64,000 nucleotides of DNA from Octopus bimaculoides (taxonomy: Eukaryota): NCBI RefSeq assembly GCF_001194135.2, contig NC_068994.1, positions 8,485,169 through 8,549,168 on the forward strand, read 5' to 3'. The notes beneath the pieces are model-generated. The model saw only the letters and a list, made by a program, of their open reading frames with translations, was not told the origin of the DNA and ran no database searches. The stretch's first letter is position 1. Every line of letters begins with the position of its first letter. The position numbers and the translations under genes are program-made. Below are positions 62,978 through 64,000 of the stretch, one piece after another.

Positions 62978-63566
62978 AATTTATTTCCCAAAGTCTGGCC
63001 AAATCCCATGCTAATACAATAAAAATTATTCGCTTAACAACGTGTCATGCTCTGACGTATTTAACCCCGAAACCTCGTAAATCGAGAAGTGAACTTCTTG
63101 AGAAGTCCAATACTGACGGCAGAAAATAGCTGAATATTGACACATCATAGTTTAGTTATTTATCAAACATGGAATCTTTGAATTCATAAAATGAAAAACA
63201 AAAGAATTCATGCAAAAGAACAAAACAAAAAAACAAAAAAAACAAAGCGAAGCAATATTAAATGCATTTAAGTTGAGTATGAAAAAGAAGAAAGCAAAAG
63301 AAAAAAACAAACGTAAACGGTGGAATGTTAAATTCCTCAGTATCAAATACAAATGCAACGCAACGGTTGGCATTCGCTTGATAAAGAAAGATTTGTGGTT
63401 AAAAACATTGGTTTCTCCCATGAGTGTCACTGACGTCAGCGTCTGAAAAATGTTTACAATGTAAAATGCAGACGTGGTCGATTGACTGACATCTCAGATT
63501 ATTTTTCATGACACAGCAAATTTGTATAATGGAACCACATTTCTTCGATAAAACATTACATTTAAT

Positions 63567-63604
63567 TATTCGAATCTAACATCTGAAGATGTTAGATTCG
63601 AATA
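63567..63604. repeat. Perfect 17-bp inverted repeat with a 4-nt loop
   Basis: tattcgaatctaacatc-tgaa-gatgttagattcgaata. Confidence 0.9.
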
Positions 63605-64000
63605 CCATGTTTTTTCCTTGTTTCGGTTTTGTTTTAAATTTTTGCAGTTGTAACATACCACTCGCCAGGTCAATACTTACCCAGTAGAGCTATGCTCAAA
63701 TGTGCTCTAGTCATGCCTATGCTATTTATATGATGGTGTTATTGTAATTCGGATAATATTATCAAGGCTATACAATCTATATATACCATCATTGATACCT
63801 ATAAGGAAACAATCACATGAATACTGGCTATTAAACCGAACGGAATCTAACACAAAGACAAAAACACACATATGCTTATTGCGCACGCACACACACACGA
63901 ATGTATATTTTTTCAATGTTTATAAATAACACGGAAAAATATAAATAGTTACCATGGTAGCAAAAATTCACACACATATCAAGGATGTAACAGCCTACTT

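Noticed and set aside
63583-63612. Hammerhead reading of the 63567 hairpin (CTGAAGA..GAAT)
   Set aside because: GAAA is replaced by GAAT, and stems I and II are not satisfied.

Overview
AT-rich, microsatellite-dense eukaryotic DNA with 12 N-gaps, most flanked by simple repeats. The repeat families and composition suggest an octopod cephalopod, probably Octopus (inference). The only supportable host gene is an intronless class A aminergic GPCR on the minus strand (21438-23483, 681 aa from the first ATG). It has alpha2-adrenergic-type motifs, three TM5 serines and a ~340-aa third intracellular loop. The rest is transposon debris: several tRNA-headed SINE families (labelled A, B, D, E, G and H here) that are often stacked or chimeric, decayed Tx1/L1-like and R4/Dong-like LINE fragments, a mariner 3' end and two long fold-back palindromes. 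The most notable unannotated signal is a set of minimal type I hammerhead-ribozyme-like motifs of the kind carried by Penelope-like elements. One lies in a 320-bp palindrome (48375-48694) whose two arms have lost different parts of the catalytic core. A second candidate lies about 55 bp away, and three more copies of another motif family are dispersed (37255, 53237, 56936). All folds and alignments were done by eye.
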